Positions 1-12,587 of a DNA stretch of 64,000 nucleotides are shown in pieces. Positions within the stretch are counted from its first letter, which is position 1. Every line of letters starts with the position of its first letter. The stretch lies in contig NC_068988.1 of assembly GCF_001194135.2 (NCBI RefSeq), forward strand, positions 33,947,684 to 34,011,683, given 5' to 3'. The position numbers and the translations under genes are program-made. This DNA is from Octopus bimaculoides. Lineage: Eukaryota. The notes under the pieces were generated by a model. That model did no database searches and was not told the origin of the DNA. It worked only from the letters and a program-made list of their open reading frames with translations.

Positions 1-20
1 TATACACATACATACATACA

Positions 21-65
21 GCGAGCTGGTAGAATCGTTAGAACGCCGGGTAAAAATGCTTAGGT
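21..65 (+). mobile_element. SINE family A, 5' head fragment
   Basis: GCGAGCTGGTAGAATCGTTAGAACGCCGGGTAAAAATGCTTAG matches the heads of fuller copies at 17283, 31576 and 62505(-). Confidence 0.7.
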
Positions 66-69
66 CATT

Positions 70-1850
70 CGAAACCATGATAACGATGAGGTTAAACCTA
101 TTTGTGAATACGCCATGCAATCGATGGTTTCAGCTAAAGCATATGCAACGTGGTATTTCTCGTGGGTCGGTGTCTCTTAGAGTGAAGCATAGCTGTAGGT
201 GACTGGTTTCAAATAGACACTACCAGTTATAAGTGAGTGAGAAGCGTGTGATCCGAAAGGTTATAAGAGACCTCACTACCCACTCATTCAGTATGTGACC
301 AGATTTCCCAGATAATTAAACATTAGCTTTGTAGAAAATGCAAGTTGTGGAGAGCACACCTATGGACCAAAGCTTAGCAGGTGCTGTTATGCATATTTAC
401 GAATGGTCATCTTTTTGAATGCGCTTGATGTTTTTTGTAGAGTAGAGGCGTACGTTCCAAACATTGTACAAGGAATATAATCTAAACTGTGTAGGGGCTG
501 AGCAGTTATGTCTCTCTCATATATTCTGACAATGAATATGAAGGTTAGTTTGTAAATAGCAGATTATATATTTTGATTATGTGCCAAGGAAGTGCTTCAC
601 TGATGATGAAGTTTAGCGACTACGGCTGGTACTGATTTTCATGCTAGAATGGACATGTTAATGTTTCCTTTGTATGAGCACTAATTCAGCTGGTTTACTG
701 TTATAATAATCCTTTCTGTTCGCTGCAGAAGAAAATAGATTCTCATAACAACATTAAAAAAGAACACTCATATCTCTGTTCATGCAGTAAATGAAGAAGT
801 TTCATTGCATATCTTATATGTACGTGACACTTGTATGTGGTCAATAAAGGAAAAATCTGGGAAAGTATCCGCTCTTGCCTTAGTGAGTGTTGTTCGTTGT
901 GACGGTAAATTATCCGCTAATGCATATTAAAATTTAGGGGTATAAACCGGAGTTGATAGAATGTGAGCCGGAGACAGCTGAATCTGCACACGTATTGATG
1001 TGGCCTATCCAAGCGAAGCGAAATAAATGGCGCCACACAAGGTTTTTTTGTTTTGTTTTGTTTGTTTGTTTTTGTTGTGTTTTAACACATTCGAATATTT
1101 TGTAACAACACTGATTTCACAAGATTTCACAAGAACAGAGGAGGCCCACTCGAAAGTGCAGAAGATGGCTCATATCCAGTAAATCACATTTAGAGAAACC
1201 TATACAGGCAGCTATTACAGATTCACGATTAGGAAATCGTTAATAGCAGCTTCCATTCTGTTTCAGATAGTCTATGTGAATGCAAATTGTGGTAGTTCTC
1301 AGGGACAGAGTGTCACCCTTTTAGAGATATTTGTACAGTCCGTATTGTGTTTACAAAGATTGAGATGTCTCCCTCGAAAAAGGATCAAAGAAAGACATAC
1401 TGATGAGCTTGTTAAATGAAGAGATTACATATCAGCTGCTTCGTTTGAGGTTAGAGGCCGTAAACTTTAGGTGTATATATGCGTTGCAGGGAGTGTGGCC
1501 TCTCTCATCATGGTTGACAGGTAGAAAGAAGGGAGATTGCATAGAGTCGCTGAAACCCCAAGAACTGCAGGTTAAGTTGTGAAGACACTTATGTAATAAA
1601 TATAGGTTTTATGTGCTCCAGAAGATCGTCATGTAAAAGTTGCAATACCCTCATCTCGGGCATCAAACATGGAATATAGAAATTGTGCTTTTTCTTTTAG
1701 TGTGGGATGTGGACTTGGTACTTGATTCCATCGGAAACCACAAATTTAAGAAGAATGATTGTTTATTTCCGTTGGTTTTGGTGATCTACAGAAGCGTAGA
1801 AAGTATCAGGACTGGAGTGTAAAATACTGCATGAGAGTCAATTCAACTAA
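70..1850 (-). mobile_element. Decayed CR1-group (L2/Crack-like) LINE ORF2: RT domain and C-terminus
   Basis: Minus-strand translation gives RT motifs in the correct order with stops and frameshifts: SVPENY (~1300), RMEAAINDF (~1245), SIRVQI..HSINSG (~960-1000), DNLPS (~910), YNVWN..NIKRIQK (~410-478), STTCIFYK (~340). Confidence 0.7.
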
Positions 1851-2039
1851 ACGAATTTATAAGCCAGAAGTGTTGTTAATTTGAGGATGCATTATGCTGA
1901 TTATTATATCTAGATTTTCGACACATTCTGACAGCTTGAGGAAATAAATCCCACCTCGATCGATTAGAAGTATGAATGAAGTACTTGGAGGATTACTTGG
2001 AGGATTACTTGGAGGATTAACAGTTGCTACTCGAGGAAA

Positions 2040-2330
2040 CAATTCGTGCTACAAAATGTCATATGAAATATAATTCACTTTCACAGAAAACTATGAATTC
2101 AGTTAACAGCCAGGCGCTTGATAAACTTGTGAATTCTACATTCTGCATGTGAGGCTCCAAGGAACTGAATAGGTATTTAATTTTTCGTTATAATTATTTT
2201 ATTAATGTGATTGTATCTGAAACTTAAAATTATGGTTAGATTGTTTCAATGCACCGTTACGCTTTTTTGAAGCAAGCCGGATTAAACTTAGTAAATTAAA
2301 TAAATCTTTGATTCAAAATTAATACCAGAA
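2040..2330 (-). repeat. Diverged repeat, inverted copy of 3390-3680
   Basis: Reverse complement aligns with 3390-3680, e.g. CTATTCAGTTCCTTGGAGCCTCACATGCAGAATGTAGAATTCACAAG vs CTATTCAGTTCCTAAGAGCCTCACATGCAGATTGTGGAATTCATAAG; roughly 75% identity by eye. Confidence 0.8.
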
Positions 2331-2619
2331 TATAAATTTTCAGCAAATTCACCAGTTTTTCATTCGGCGAGGGACCAAGGGAATAAGTGTAAGTAGAATC
2401 CATTGCAATTCAATACACAACTCGGTTTCAGTTTCTATTTTTTTTTTTTTTTCATGAGAGGAGACTATTGGCAGTTACCATTACAGTTTTATCAGAACTT
2501 CTAATGGTTAGAGGTCAAGAGCAGACTAGCGGGCTTAGCCTGAATTCTTCTTTTGAGAAAATTAACTCTCTTTCAGGCACTTAAAATCTAATGTTAAATA
2601 GATCAACGTATTCCGTCAA

Positions 2620-2760
2620 TAATTCCAGTTAAAACCTAAAGAGATATCTAGCAAAAGATGCTGCCTTCAAGGAACCAGTAAAGACAGAATAAATAGAAAT
2701 AAACAGGAAAGAGAGGAGAAATACTCAGCTAGTCAGAGGTCATTACAGCTTCGAGTCTGT
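2620..2760 (-). repeat. Diverged repeat, inverted copy of 4655-4780
   Basis: Reverse complement TTTATTTCTATTTATTCTGTCTTTACTGGTTCCTTGAAGGCAG vs TTTATTTCTATCTATTCTGACTTTATTGGTTTCCTTGAAGACAG at ~4700-4740. Confidence 0.7.
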
Positions 2761-2899
2761 GTGTAGGGGTGGGGTTACGGTTGACAGTTGATAAATCTCG
2801 TTGAATAATTGAGTAAAATACGTTTATTGTTCTACGTTGTAATACATGATGGTTTTATCAAAAATTACGTTACTTTCATTTGCGCTTTAGTCTGTGTTT

Positions 2900-3190
2900 T
2901 TGGTTGTGTGTGTGCGTGTGTCTGTTCGTTCGTTTGCTTGTTTGTGTGTGTATGTGTGTATGAGCGCGCGCGTGTGTGTATGTGCGCGCGTGTGTGTCTG
3001 TGTATGTCTGTGCGTGTGTGTTCGCTTGTTTGTGTGTGAGCGCGTGTGTGTGTGCGTGTGTGTGTCTGTGTGAGCATTTGTCTGTGTGTTTGTATGTCTG
3101 TATGTTTGTCGTGTATGTGTGCGTGTGTGTGCGTACGTGTGTGCGCATGCGTATTATGTGCGCGCGTGGCGTGCGTGTATGCAAATGTGT
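2900..3190. repeat. Degenerate (TG)n/(CG)n microsatellite
   Basis: Directly visible; explains the overlapping VCVC/HTHT ORFs. Confidence 0.95.
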
Positions 3191-3769
3191 TTCAGAAGAG
3201 TTCACGAAAACATTCTCAAAACCAGCAGATAGGATATACTTGTTATTTGTATTTTATTTATTTATGTTAAATTTATTTACCATTTTACTTAGTTACATTT
3301 ATTTATATCTTATTCATTTTTATTTTATTTATATTTCATTTACATAGTATTTCAACTTGTCATTTGTCTTTTTTTTTCTATGTCAAAGCTTCCTTAATTA
3401 ATTAGAATCAAGGATTTTTTAATTTATTAAGTTTATTCTAGCCTGCTTCAAAAACACGCAACAGGGCGTTAACACAATCTAACTTGGATTTTAAGGTTCA
3501 GATACAGTCACATTAAGAAACGATTAGAATGAAGAATTAAATATCTATTCAGTTCCTAAGAGCCTCACATGCAGATTGTGGAATTCATAAGTTTTTCAAG
3601 AACTTAATTGAACTCATAGGTTTCTGTAGAAGTGAATTTTATTTCACATTACATTGTGTAACACGGATTTTTCTCTGGGGAATAACAGCTATCTCCTATT
3701 TGCTTACCCAGAGAACGTATGAAAATGGCTAATATTTCCTTCAAACTTTGCTTTTGTTACATCTGTTCA

Positions 3770-3950
3770 AGCCGCAAAGTATCCCTCTCAGCATATGGCT
3801 ATGAGGCTCCCACTTTATTCGTGGTGATTATCAGAGATGCACGTATTTCCACCCATTAAGGCAATGCTCTAGGGGTTAAGTTCAAGCAACTGTCAAGCAA
3901 ATCTCTGGTATTGAGCAGAATATTTGCTATAACTATATTTCTGCTTCAGC
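3770..3950 (+). mobile_element. Old internal fragment of the (AAT)n-associated 555-bp element
   Basis: CCCTCTCAGCATATGGCTATGA...GGTATTGAGCAGAATATTTGCT matches 39435-39590. Confidence 0.7.
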
Positions 3951-4115
3951 AACTCAGCGTTGAATCGGTCTGAAATGAAATGGAAAATAGGTCACCTTCC
4001 AAAAATCGATGTCCAGGACAAAAGCAGTTTGAAGGAAATAGTACTGATTTCTTTTGATTTCCCAATAGAAGCAAATAGGAAATGACATTTACTGAACTAA
4101 GACAAAAATAGATAA
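3950..4115 (+). repeat. Unclassified dispersed repeat (also 9280-9430 on +, and 3690-3760 inverted)
   Basis: Shared blocks TCAGC.T.GAATC.GTCTGAAATGA and GATTTC....TAGAAGCAAATAGGAAAT. Confidence 0.6.
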
Positions 4116-4929
4116 ATAAATTTTAAAAAATTGGTAAAACTATTAAAATTTGATAATGATAAGTTCAATAAAAAGTCGTAAAAAAATGCATTAGATAATT
4201 CTGAGACGCTATATTTTATGATCGAATCTCACTGGGATGGGGTTTGCTGTTCTTCCTTCCGAGAGTGTAGAGTAGAATTAAGAACATTTGTCTGTGATCG
4301 AGACAAATGCCTCCACCCAATGCTCAACGTATCTGCAACGAGAATGGCCGTTCTAGGAAAATTCGGATAAAAGATAAATGGATACTAATATGTATATTCA
4401 ATTTTATAGACATTATACATATGGATAATAAGAAGTTCTAACGCTGGAAGTATTCAATATTCACAGTGATGGATACATTTTCTCCCATTACCACTGTACA
4501 TCCTTTATTGTGTGTACCTCTTGAGTGACCCACAATACATTGCTTATGCGCAAATAGAATATTTTAGAATAGTAGACGTATTTTACTCATTTATTGATCG
4601 AGATTTATTAACTGTCAACCGTAAAACCACACACACACACACACATACTGGATAATGTAATGACTATAACTGGCAGAATATTTCTCCTGTTTCCTATTTA
4701 TTTCTATCTATTCTGACTTTATTGGTTTCCTTGAAGACAGAATTTTTTGTTATTTATCTGTTTAGATTTTATCTTTTACTATACATTTTTATAGTCCTAC
4801 TGTGCGTCCTTTGTAATAGATTTGTAGATGTATAAGGTCTCTATCTCCAAGTATTAGATTTAAACATAAATCATTCTTTATCAGTCTTGTGTGCTACTTT
4901 CAAAATGCAATCATTATTTTACTTTGTTT

Positions 4930-6620
4930 CTGTCTATCACCGTTTCGACTAGCGAATACTATAATTATAACAAAGAAAGACAATGCTCCCAGACCGGGAA
5001 AGTAAGTCGATATTGTTGGACGTACGTTCATATTCCAGCAAGACAGGAAAATTTCTATCCATTTTCGATGAGATGTGACAGCAGTGTTGAGGAACGATGC
5101 GAACAAGAGTAACGTAATGGATAATGTTCAGCCTATAGATAAACTGGATGTCACGTTGATAACTTTTGCATAGGCATTTGAAATGTTGTTGGTGATTGCC
5201 GTTGGTGATGTAATTAGGAAATCTTAGGCGTATATCCTGAACAGATATTTCCCTCAAAGACTTACCTTCATGTTACCCAATACATCATAGAGAAGATACA
5301 TATGCTGCTCTAATAAGTTTGGATCGAGAAATTTGATCATCGGTGTTTGTTTCCGAAGCAGACGATTTTGATCCCATTTAGAAACGTTGAATACTTTCAA
5401 CAGACAGCAACGTTTGCTCGGTGGTTAGAATAAATAGCAACCTATCCGAAAATGATCGGTCAAAGGTATACTCTCTCATCAATTGTGGGTTCTGATTTTC
5501 GAGCCGCTACTGCAAAAACTGCCCAGCGAAGTAGACGCTGGTCTATAGTTCAGATAGATCTTTAGTTTTGGTTTTGATCCGATCATTCGGAAGCACAGGG
5601 AGCTGGACAATCTTATGAACAGAGTGTGCCGTTTCATCCAGAAATGAAGTGAGAGGGGTGTGTCTCTGAAAATTTGATTGAATGTAGAAAAAGCGTTCAT
5701 AACCTCTAATATATATTAATGATGTATATATATATATATATATATGCCAGATCATCATTCGATTCTACACGGTCATCTGTTCTAAACACCTTCATCGTCA
5801 TTCTCCATATGCCGTGATTGACGGAGCATTGAGCTGGTTTAGTCATCGTTTGTCAAGTCCGTGTTCTAAGCTCCTTTTTTCCTCGAAGGCGCTCCAATCT
5901 TGGATCAAAGAAAGACTTAGCCTCATATTCTCATTCTAGCATGTTATCAAGCAATCACACCATCCAGCTAGTTTCACAATATGGTGTGACATCCTCGTTT
6001 GGACTCTCATCATGCTCTCTAAAAAATTGAGAATCGTGGAGAATGATCTGGATGAACAGTTCCGGTCAGAGTTCTATGTGTAACTCCCAATTATCCCATC
6101 TAGGCAAGCTATCGATGAGGATTGACAGCTCGAGACAAACGGCAAGTTTCGAGATGCATGCATGATGACGAAGCTGTTTGCCCTAGTATTGTTAATCCAA
6201 GGAATATCAACGAATAGCTGTGGTGCAGGAGACGAATCCGGCTATCTAGCAAGTTATTAAGCAAACTTACACTGCTTTCTTCTTTTCTTTTGAATGTATG
6301 GTGGTAGACTGGATTAAAAAGTCCGGTGACAAGACAACTGGCTCCTTCGGAATGTACTCATCGATATTTCAGATTACAATTAAGAGAGTGTGAGAAGAGA
6401 GGTAGAGATGCTGAGCTCCAGCACACAAACGTGTATGAAATGGCAAGAATGGGCCATTTCACACAATATGGGTGATATGGCCCTCACCCCAAAATGTTAC
6501 TTTCATCTCGATAATGTTGACCTGGAAGGGGTAATTTTTATTGATGGTGAGGTGAATCCTGAATTTATAAGATTTCTTCCTTGTAACTAGTGCTGGCCTG
6601 CCCACTAGGCACGTATTGGT
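4930..6620 (+). mobile_element. Heavily decayed Tx1/L1-type LINE, RT to 3' end
   Basis: Plus-strand remnants DVTAVLRNDANKSNVMDNVQPI (~5075-5140; cf. GVVTLLRKDxNKxxxxDNFRPI), AALISLD (~5305), LWVLIFEPLLQKL (~5483-5522), and C-terminal VW*TGLK...MARMG (~6300-6455). Internal deletion at the (TA)n at 5710-5745. Confidence 0.6.
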
Positions 6621-6761
6621 ATTCTGTATATTTACCAGCATTATGTTGTATCTATTATATTATATAATTGATGAAAAAATTCCTTGTATTATATCCTGCT
6701 TTTCTTTGTACAGTCTACACTATCTGACTCGTGGTTCAAAGTAATTTTCATTACCTTTTTT

Positions 6762-6960
6762 TCTTTTCTACTCTAGGTACAAGGCCCGAAACATTTGGGG
6801 AGGAGCAAGTGGACTAGACTGACCACAGTATGCAAATGGTACTTGATTTATCGACCCCGAAAGGATGAAAGACAAAGTCGATCTCGGCGAAATTTGAACT
6901 CACAAAGTAAAGACAGACGAAATACCACTAAGCATTTCACGCGGTGTGCTAACGTTTCTG
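6762..6960 (-). mobile_element. SINE family A, near full length
   Basis: Reverse complement carries the head, GAGTTCAAATT B-box-like motif, central CTTTCATCCTTTCGGGGTCGATAAATCAAGTACC block and tail GGGCCTTGTACCTAGAGTAGAAAAG. Confidence 0.9.
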
Positions 6961-6989
6961 GTTTTCATTACCAATATTGAAGAAATCAT

Positions 6990-7195
6990 CGGGTAAAATT
7001 GTTGGAATGTCGAGCAAAATGCCTTCTGGTATACCTTCCGATGTTTTAAGTTGTGAGTTCAAATTCGACCAAGGTTGAATTTGAATATCATCTTCCTAGC
7101 ATTCATAAAATGAAGCACCAGTTAAGAAAGAGAGTCAATGAAATACACTTACGCTAAATCCTAAAAGTACCATCTTTGTACCTACATTTGATATT
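6990..7195 (+). mobile_element. SINE family A, old copy
   Basis: GTGAGTTCAAATTCGACCAAGGTTGAATTTG...CATC..CCT...CATAAAATGAAGCACCAGT, colinear with family A. Confidence 0.6.
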
Positions 7196-7442
7196 ATCAT
7201 TATTGTTAAAATACAACTTGGAAAATGAAATAAGAGAAAAATATATGATAATAATATGGAAATAAGAAACAAACTAATCTACTCTTCCTTATTTACTCGA
7301 TATTGGAAACATTGTTACAAAAGATAAGAATTGTTTAAATAAAAAGTAAAAGCAAATACAAAGGAAGTAGAAACACACACACAGAAATAAATATATATGT
7401 ATTTATATCATATATGTACCTAACTATCTATCTATGTACACA

Positions 7443-7522
<80 letters not shown>

Positions 7523-7911
7523 CATACATTTAAAAATATTAATAAACAAACAAAAAAGCGAGCAGACATAATAGAAAGAAGTCGATATTATTGAATTCAG
7601 TGGCTGTTATTGAACAAGGAATACCTATTTATTCCTCAACATTTTCCTATAAAAGCGTGCAACAGCCCGAGGGTTAATTGAGAAATGTATCAAGGGAAAT
7701 TTAAACGTTCGCTTCACTTATTCATGTATTTCATCCTTCAATTAATTTGCTTTCATTTTCTATTTTTCTTTCCGTATTTCGTAGGTTCGCATGTCCCTAT
7801 TTTTGTATCAGATTTTTATAAAGACACTTTCAGAATTATATAAAGACACTTTCTAGGCAGGACTATACGTATATAAACTGACAATACAGTGGATGAGGAA
7901 ATTAAATATTA

Positions 7912-7947
<36 letters not shown>

Positions 7948-8099
7948 AGCTTATGTGTTTCTGTTTGCGCAAGCGCGCACGAGAAAGAGAGAGTGTGTGT
8001 GTTTGTATGTGTATGTATTTACATATAAATATATCTTTAAAAAACTACACTAAGTATTATAGAAAGCACGTGTATGTATGTATGTATGTATGTATGTAT

Positions 8100-8556
8100 T
8101 TATGTTTTTATTCTTTTACTTGTTTTAATCATTTGGCAGAGGTCATGCTGTAGCACCGTCCTACAGGGTTTATGTTGAAGAAATCGATCGCAGGACATAT
8201 TTTTTGTAAGCCTAGTACTTATTCTATCGGTGTATTTTGACGAATCGCTAACTTACAGAGATGTAAAGACACCACCATTAGGTGTCAATCGATAGCGTGA
8301 GGGCAAACACAGACACACACACATAAATATATATACAAACACACACACATATACATACATGTATGTCATATATATATATATATATATATATATATGACGT
8401 GCTTCTTTCAGTTTCTGTCTACAAAAACCACTCGCAAGAATTTGATCAGCCCGAGGCGATAGTAGAAAACACTTGCCCAAGGTGCCAGGCACTGCCACTG
8501 AACCAAAAATTATGTGGTTGGGAAGCAAGCTTCTTACTACATAGCCAGGCCTGCGC
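8100..8556 (-). mobile_element. SINE family B (tRNA-like head, CORE-like block, internal (TG)/(TA) tract), full length
   Basis: Reverse complement: GGCTATGTAGTAAGAAGCTTGCTTCCCAACCAC..GGTTCAGT..GGCACCTTGGGCAAGTGTTTTCTACTAT; tail CAGCATGACC..AAATGATTAAAACAAGTAAAAGAATAAAA. Confidence 0.9.
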
Positions 8557-8849
8557 TAATGTATGTATGTATGTATATATGTATGTCTGTGTGTATGTGC
8601 GTGCGTTTGTGCGTTTGTGCATGTATATACCGTCACATTTTGAATAAGTGACAGAAAGAGACACATCATATCTACCTGTACCCCACATAGTTCTTGAAAG
8701 AAACTGTCAGATTTTACTTACGCTCAAACCGAGACCTAACGGTGAGACTCTCTCCACGCCTCTCTAAATTCGAAAGTCACAAAAGTGAAAATATTTTGCC
8801 ATTGCCTTCAAGGCTTTGAACAACGTCGTTTATATACTGGATTCAAAGT

Positions 8850-9030
8850 ATGGCATAGGACCAGCAATTCTTGTGGAAAGGATGAGTCATTCAGTATTAA
8901 ACTAGGACTTATTTTATCGACCCAGAAAAGGGTTGAAAGGCAAAATCGACCCCGGAGGCACTTGAACTCAGAATGTAAAGAGAAACGAAATGTTGCTAAG
9001 CATTTTCGCTTGGCGGCCGAACAATCCTAC
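8850..9030 (-). mobile_element. SINE family A, old copy
   Basis: TATCGACCCAGAAAAGGGTTGAAAGGCAAAATCGACC..TTGAACTCAGAATGTAAAGA..GCTAAGCATTT. Confidence 0.75.
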
Positions 9031-9064
9031 CTTTTCTCCGTCTTATATATATATTTATATATAT

Positions 9065-9215
9065 TTCTTCATTGTCCACAGACGGCTAAACACAGAGGGG
9101 ACAAACAAGGACAGACAAAGGGATTAAGTCGATTACATCGATCCCAGTGCATAACTGGTGCTTATTTAATCGACCCTGAATGGATGAAAGGTAAAGTCGA
9201 CCTCGGCGAAATTTC
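9065..9215 (-). mobile_element. SINE family A variant with alternative 3' tail, head missing
   Basis: AATCGACCCTGAATGGATGAAAGGTAAAGTCGACCTCGGCGAAATTT central block joined to a GGGGACAAACAAGGACAGACAAAGGG tail. Confidence 0.75.
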
Positions 9216-11175
9216 TGATATATATATATATATTAACATTACACACAACTTGAGGAGAATTACCAATATATTTTCGAAAATCAGCATAGAATCTGTCTGA
9301 AATGATATGTGATAACCAGGTAATAAAAGCAAAGTCTGAAGTGGGGAATAGCAGGAATTTCCTTTGATTTCTAGATAGAAGCAAATAGGAAATAACACTC
9401 ACTGACCAAAGACACAAATAAATGAAAAAATATTTTGTTACGGAGTGAAAATATAGTATCGGTTTGCTGTTTGACCAATCTCAGTGTTTTCACCATGTTG
9501 ATCATTAAACACTTTTCACATTTTTCGGCATGGGATAGATACAGCAGAAATTATGTATTCTTGATTTAGTTGATAGCGTATCTCTGTATTAGGTTGGGAA
9601 GAAAGCCGACTAAATCAACTCGATTCTAGCTCTGATTGAAGTGTTCTATTATGACATGTGAGATCACCTACAGTAGAAGGGTGTTATTTCGGACACTCTT
9701 CAGGATATACAGAGCAGTAAAAGGAAATCCTGCATCGCATTCCCTAGAGTTCGTGTGATATATATCTCAGTTCAGTTTAAATTGGTTCAGGAAAATGCTA
9801 CCGCACAAAACATTGTAACTTTACGCACTCATGATAAAATTATCTAAATCTCACTCCTTTAGAACATACGTCTGCATGTATACAACAATCCATATATATA
9901 TATATATATATATACAACAATCCATATATATATACAACAATNNNNNNNNNNNNNNNNNNNNNNNNNNNNNNNNNNNNNNNNNNNNNNNNNNNNNNNNNNN
10001 NNNNNNNNNNNNNNNNNNNNNNNNNNNNNNNNNNNNNNNNNNNNNNNNNNNNNNNNNNNNNNNNNNNNNNNNNNNNNNNNNNNNNNNNNNNNNNNNNNNN
10101 NNNNNNNNNNNNNNNNNNNNNNNNNNNNNNNNNNNNNNNNNNNNNNNNNNNNNNNNNNNNNNNNNNNNNNNNNNNNNNNNNNNNNNNNNNNNNNNNNNNN
10201 NNNNNNNNNNNNNNNNNNNNNNNNNNNNNNNNNNNNNNNNNNNNNNNNNNNNNNNNNNNNNNNNNNNNNNNNNNNNNNNNNNNNNNNNNNNNNNNNNNNN
10301 NNNNNNNNNNNNNNNNNNNNNNNNNNNNNNNNNNNNNNNNNNNNNNNNNNNNNNNNNNNNNNNNNNNNNNNNNNNNNNNNNNNNNNNNNNNNNNNNNNNN
10401 NNNNNNNNNNNNNNNNNNNNNNNNNNNNNNNNNNNNNNNNNNNNNNNNNNNNNNNNNNNNNNNNNNNNNNNNNNNNNNNNNNNNNNNNNNNNNNNNNNNN
10501 NNNNNNNNNNNNNNNNNNNNNNNNNNNNNNNNNNNNNNNNNNNNNNNNNNNNNNNNNNNNNNNNNNNNNNNNNNNNNNNNNNNNNNNNNNNNNNNNNNNN
10601 NNNNNNNNNNNNATATATATATTAAGGGAGAAAGTCGAAAAATGACTTTTCTGCTACATGCTGAATGAATGTCGAATCAGAGCAGTAAAACAGAGCAGCA
10701 AGAAGTTTTTTAGAGTAACCTTCGTTTACTAAGTTTCTCGAAGCATCTGTGTCATTAGATGTAATTCTTAATTATTGAAGAAGTTTCGCGTTTCCCTTGG
10801 AAGTTTCTAGAATATCTAGCGTTCCATTAAAAAAAAACATATTGCTTACGCTGGTCTTTGCTTCTTAGTCGATTAAACTCAGAGCCACTCACGTTGATGC
10901 TATGTCCGCCTATTTCTCTATTTCCCTACTCCACATGACTGAAAACCATCACTTAGCTATTATTTCTACATTTCCTATTCCTCAACTTTCCTGTATAAAT
11001 TAATTCTTTCATCTAGATTCTACATTCTGATTATGCTTCATCTTCGACCAATTAATAAAATATATATTTATGTGGTAAATATATAGTCCTTAAATTGATT
11101 CTTGTTCTCTGTAAGAATTATTGGAGTAATATACACGCAGCCATATCAATACTTAACATATATTTTCCCTACAAG

Positions 11176-11256
<81 letters not shown>

Positions 11257-11267
11257 TTGTATATATA

Positions 11268-11365
11268 TGTTTTTTTCTTGGACGAGTCATCCTTTAGCTT
11301 ATTTCCGACCACCGGCCGAGTATTCGAGTTGAGACAACCAAAAGAAGCATTTAACCTAGCCTCAT
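11268..11365 (+). mobile_element. Extra internal Tc1 fragment (copy of 11965-12050)
   Basis: TTCTTGGACGAGTCATCCTTTAGCTTATTTCCGACCACCGGCCGAGTATTCGAGTTGAGACAACCAA nearly identical to 11969-12040. Confidence 0.85.
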
Positions 11366-12587
11366 AGCATCATAATTTCACAATATCTATAAAACCGGCA
11401 AAAGCTTGGTGATTTTTATGTTTTTTGATTTTTTGATTTATTATTAGTGTTGCTTAATATGTTTTGCTAAAATTGCTGTTTCTTTTCAGATATCATCAGA
11501 AAAAGCTATTTAAAATTCATTAAAATGACGAATCTATCGGAATTTATAAGTGGTCAAATTGTTGGTGCTCGTATGGCAGTCGCTAATGTAATGAAAACAG
11601 CCAAAATGTTTGGTGTATGAGCAAGTACTATCTCGAAAGTAATGACAACCTTTGAGAAAGAGGGAAAAGCCTCATCGTCGAAACAAAATCCGGAAGAAAA
11701 CAAAACTTTCAGATAGGAACCATCGGACTCTTATGCAAATTGTTAGAAAGGATCACAAAAGTACAGCTCCTAAAATTACTGCAGAGCTTAATGACCATCA
11801 CGAGAACCCAGTTTCCACAAAAAACTGTTCACCAGGAGCCGCACAAAGCCGAATTGTACGTGACAGCTACAATCAAAAGACCACTATTTTCAAATACAAA
11901 CGTGCATAGCGTTGAGAGTAGAGTAAAAACCAACAGAATTGGTCCCTAGAGCAGTGGAAGAATGTTTTTCTTCTTGAACGAGTCATCCTTTACCTTATTT
12001 CCGACCACCGGCCGAGTATACGAGTTGAGACAACCAATAGAAGCATTTGGCCCAGACTACCTTCTTCTAACTTTTAAGCATGGAGGAGGATCTGTGATGA
12101 TCGGGAGCGGGGTATATCTTAGAAATCCGCTGACCCAATGCTTTCCCTTCATGGGACAATTAATAGTGAAGACTATTTAAGCATTTTTTCTGATGAAATT
12201 CATCCTATGTTTGCGGAGCTGCTTCCGGAGAGAAATGCAATCTTTCAGAATGATAGAGCACCAATTCACCAATAATAATGCACCAGCTAAAGTTGTTACT
12301 GAATGGCACGAGGAACATTCTAATAAAGTTGAACATCTTATCTAGCCAACACAGTCCCCAGATCTCAATATTATTGAACCTTTATGTTGTATTTTAGAAA
12401 ACAACAATTAAATAATGTCTTAGAGGAAGAATGAACAAAAATTCCTTTGGAAACAATTGAAACTTTGTACGAGTCCATAGTTTGTAGAATGGAAGCTGTA
12501 ATTATTGCCAAAGGAGGTCCTACCCCATATCAAAATTAATTTGCTTGAAATTTTAAGGTTTTTTCATTATTTTGTCCAACCCCTGTA
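11365..12587 (+). mobile_element. Tc1-family DNA transposon, near-complete but inactivated, left TIR missing
   Basis: ATG at 11525: MTNLSEFISGQIVGARM..GV*ASTISKVM..DRNHRTLMQIVRKDHKSTAPKITAELN; catalytic region FFLNESSF, KHGGGSVMI, FQND.APIH, QSPDLNIIEPL; right TIR ...TTTTGTCCAACCCCTG followed by TA (12586-12587). Confidence 0.92.

Noticed and set aside
1981-2020. 12-bp tandem TTGGAGGATTAC x3 (NPPS repeat in ORF 1857-2042)
   Set aside because: Short slippage duplication; no coding support.
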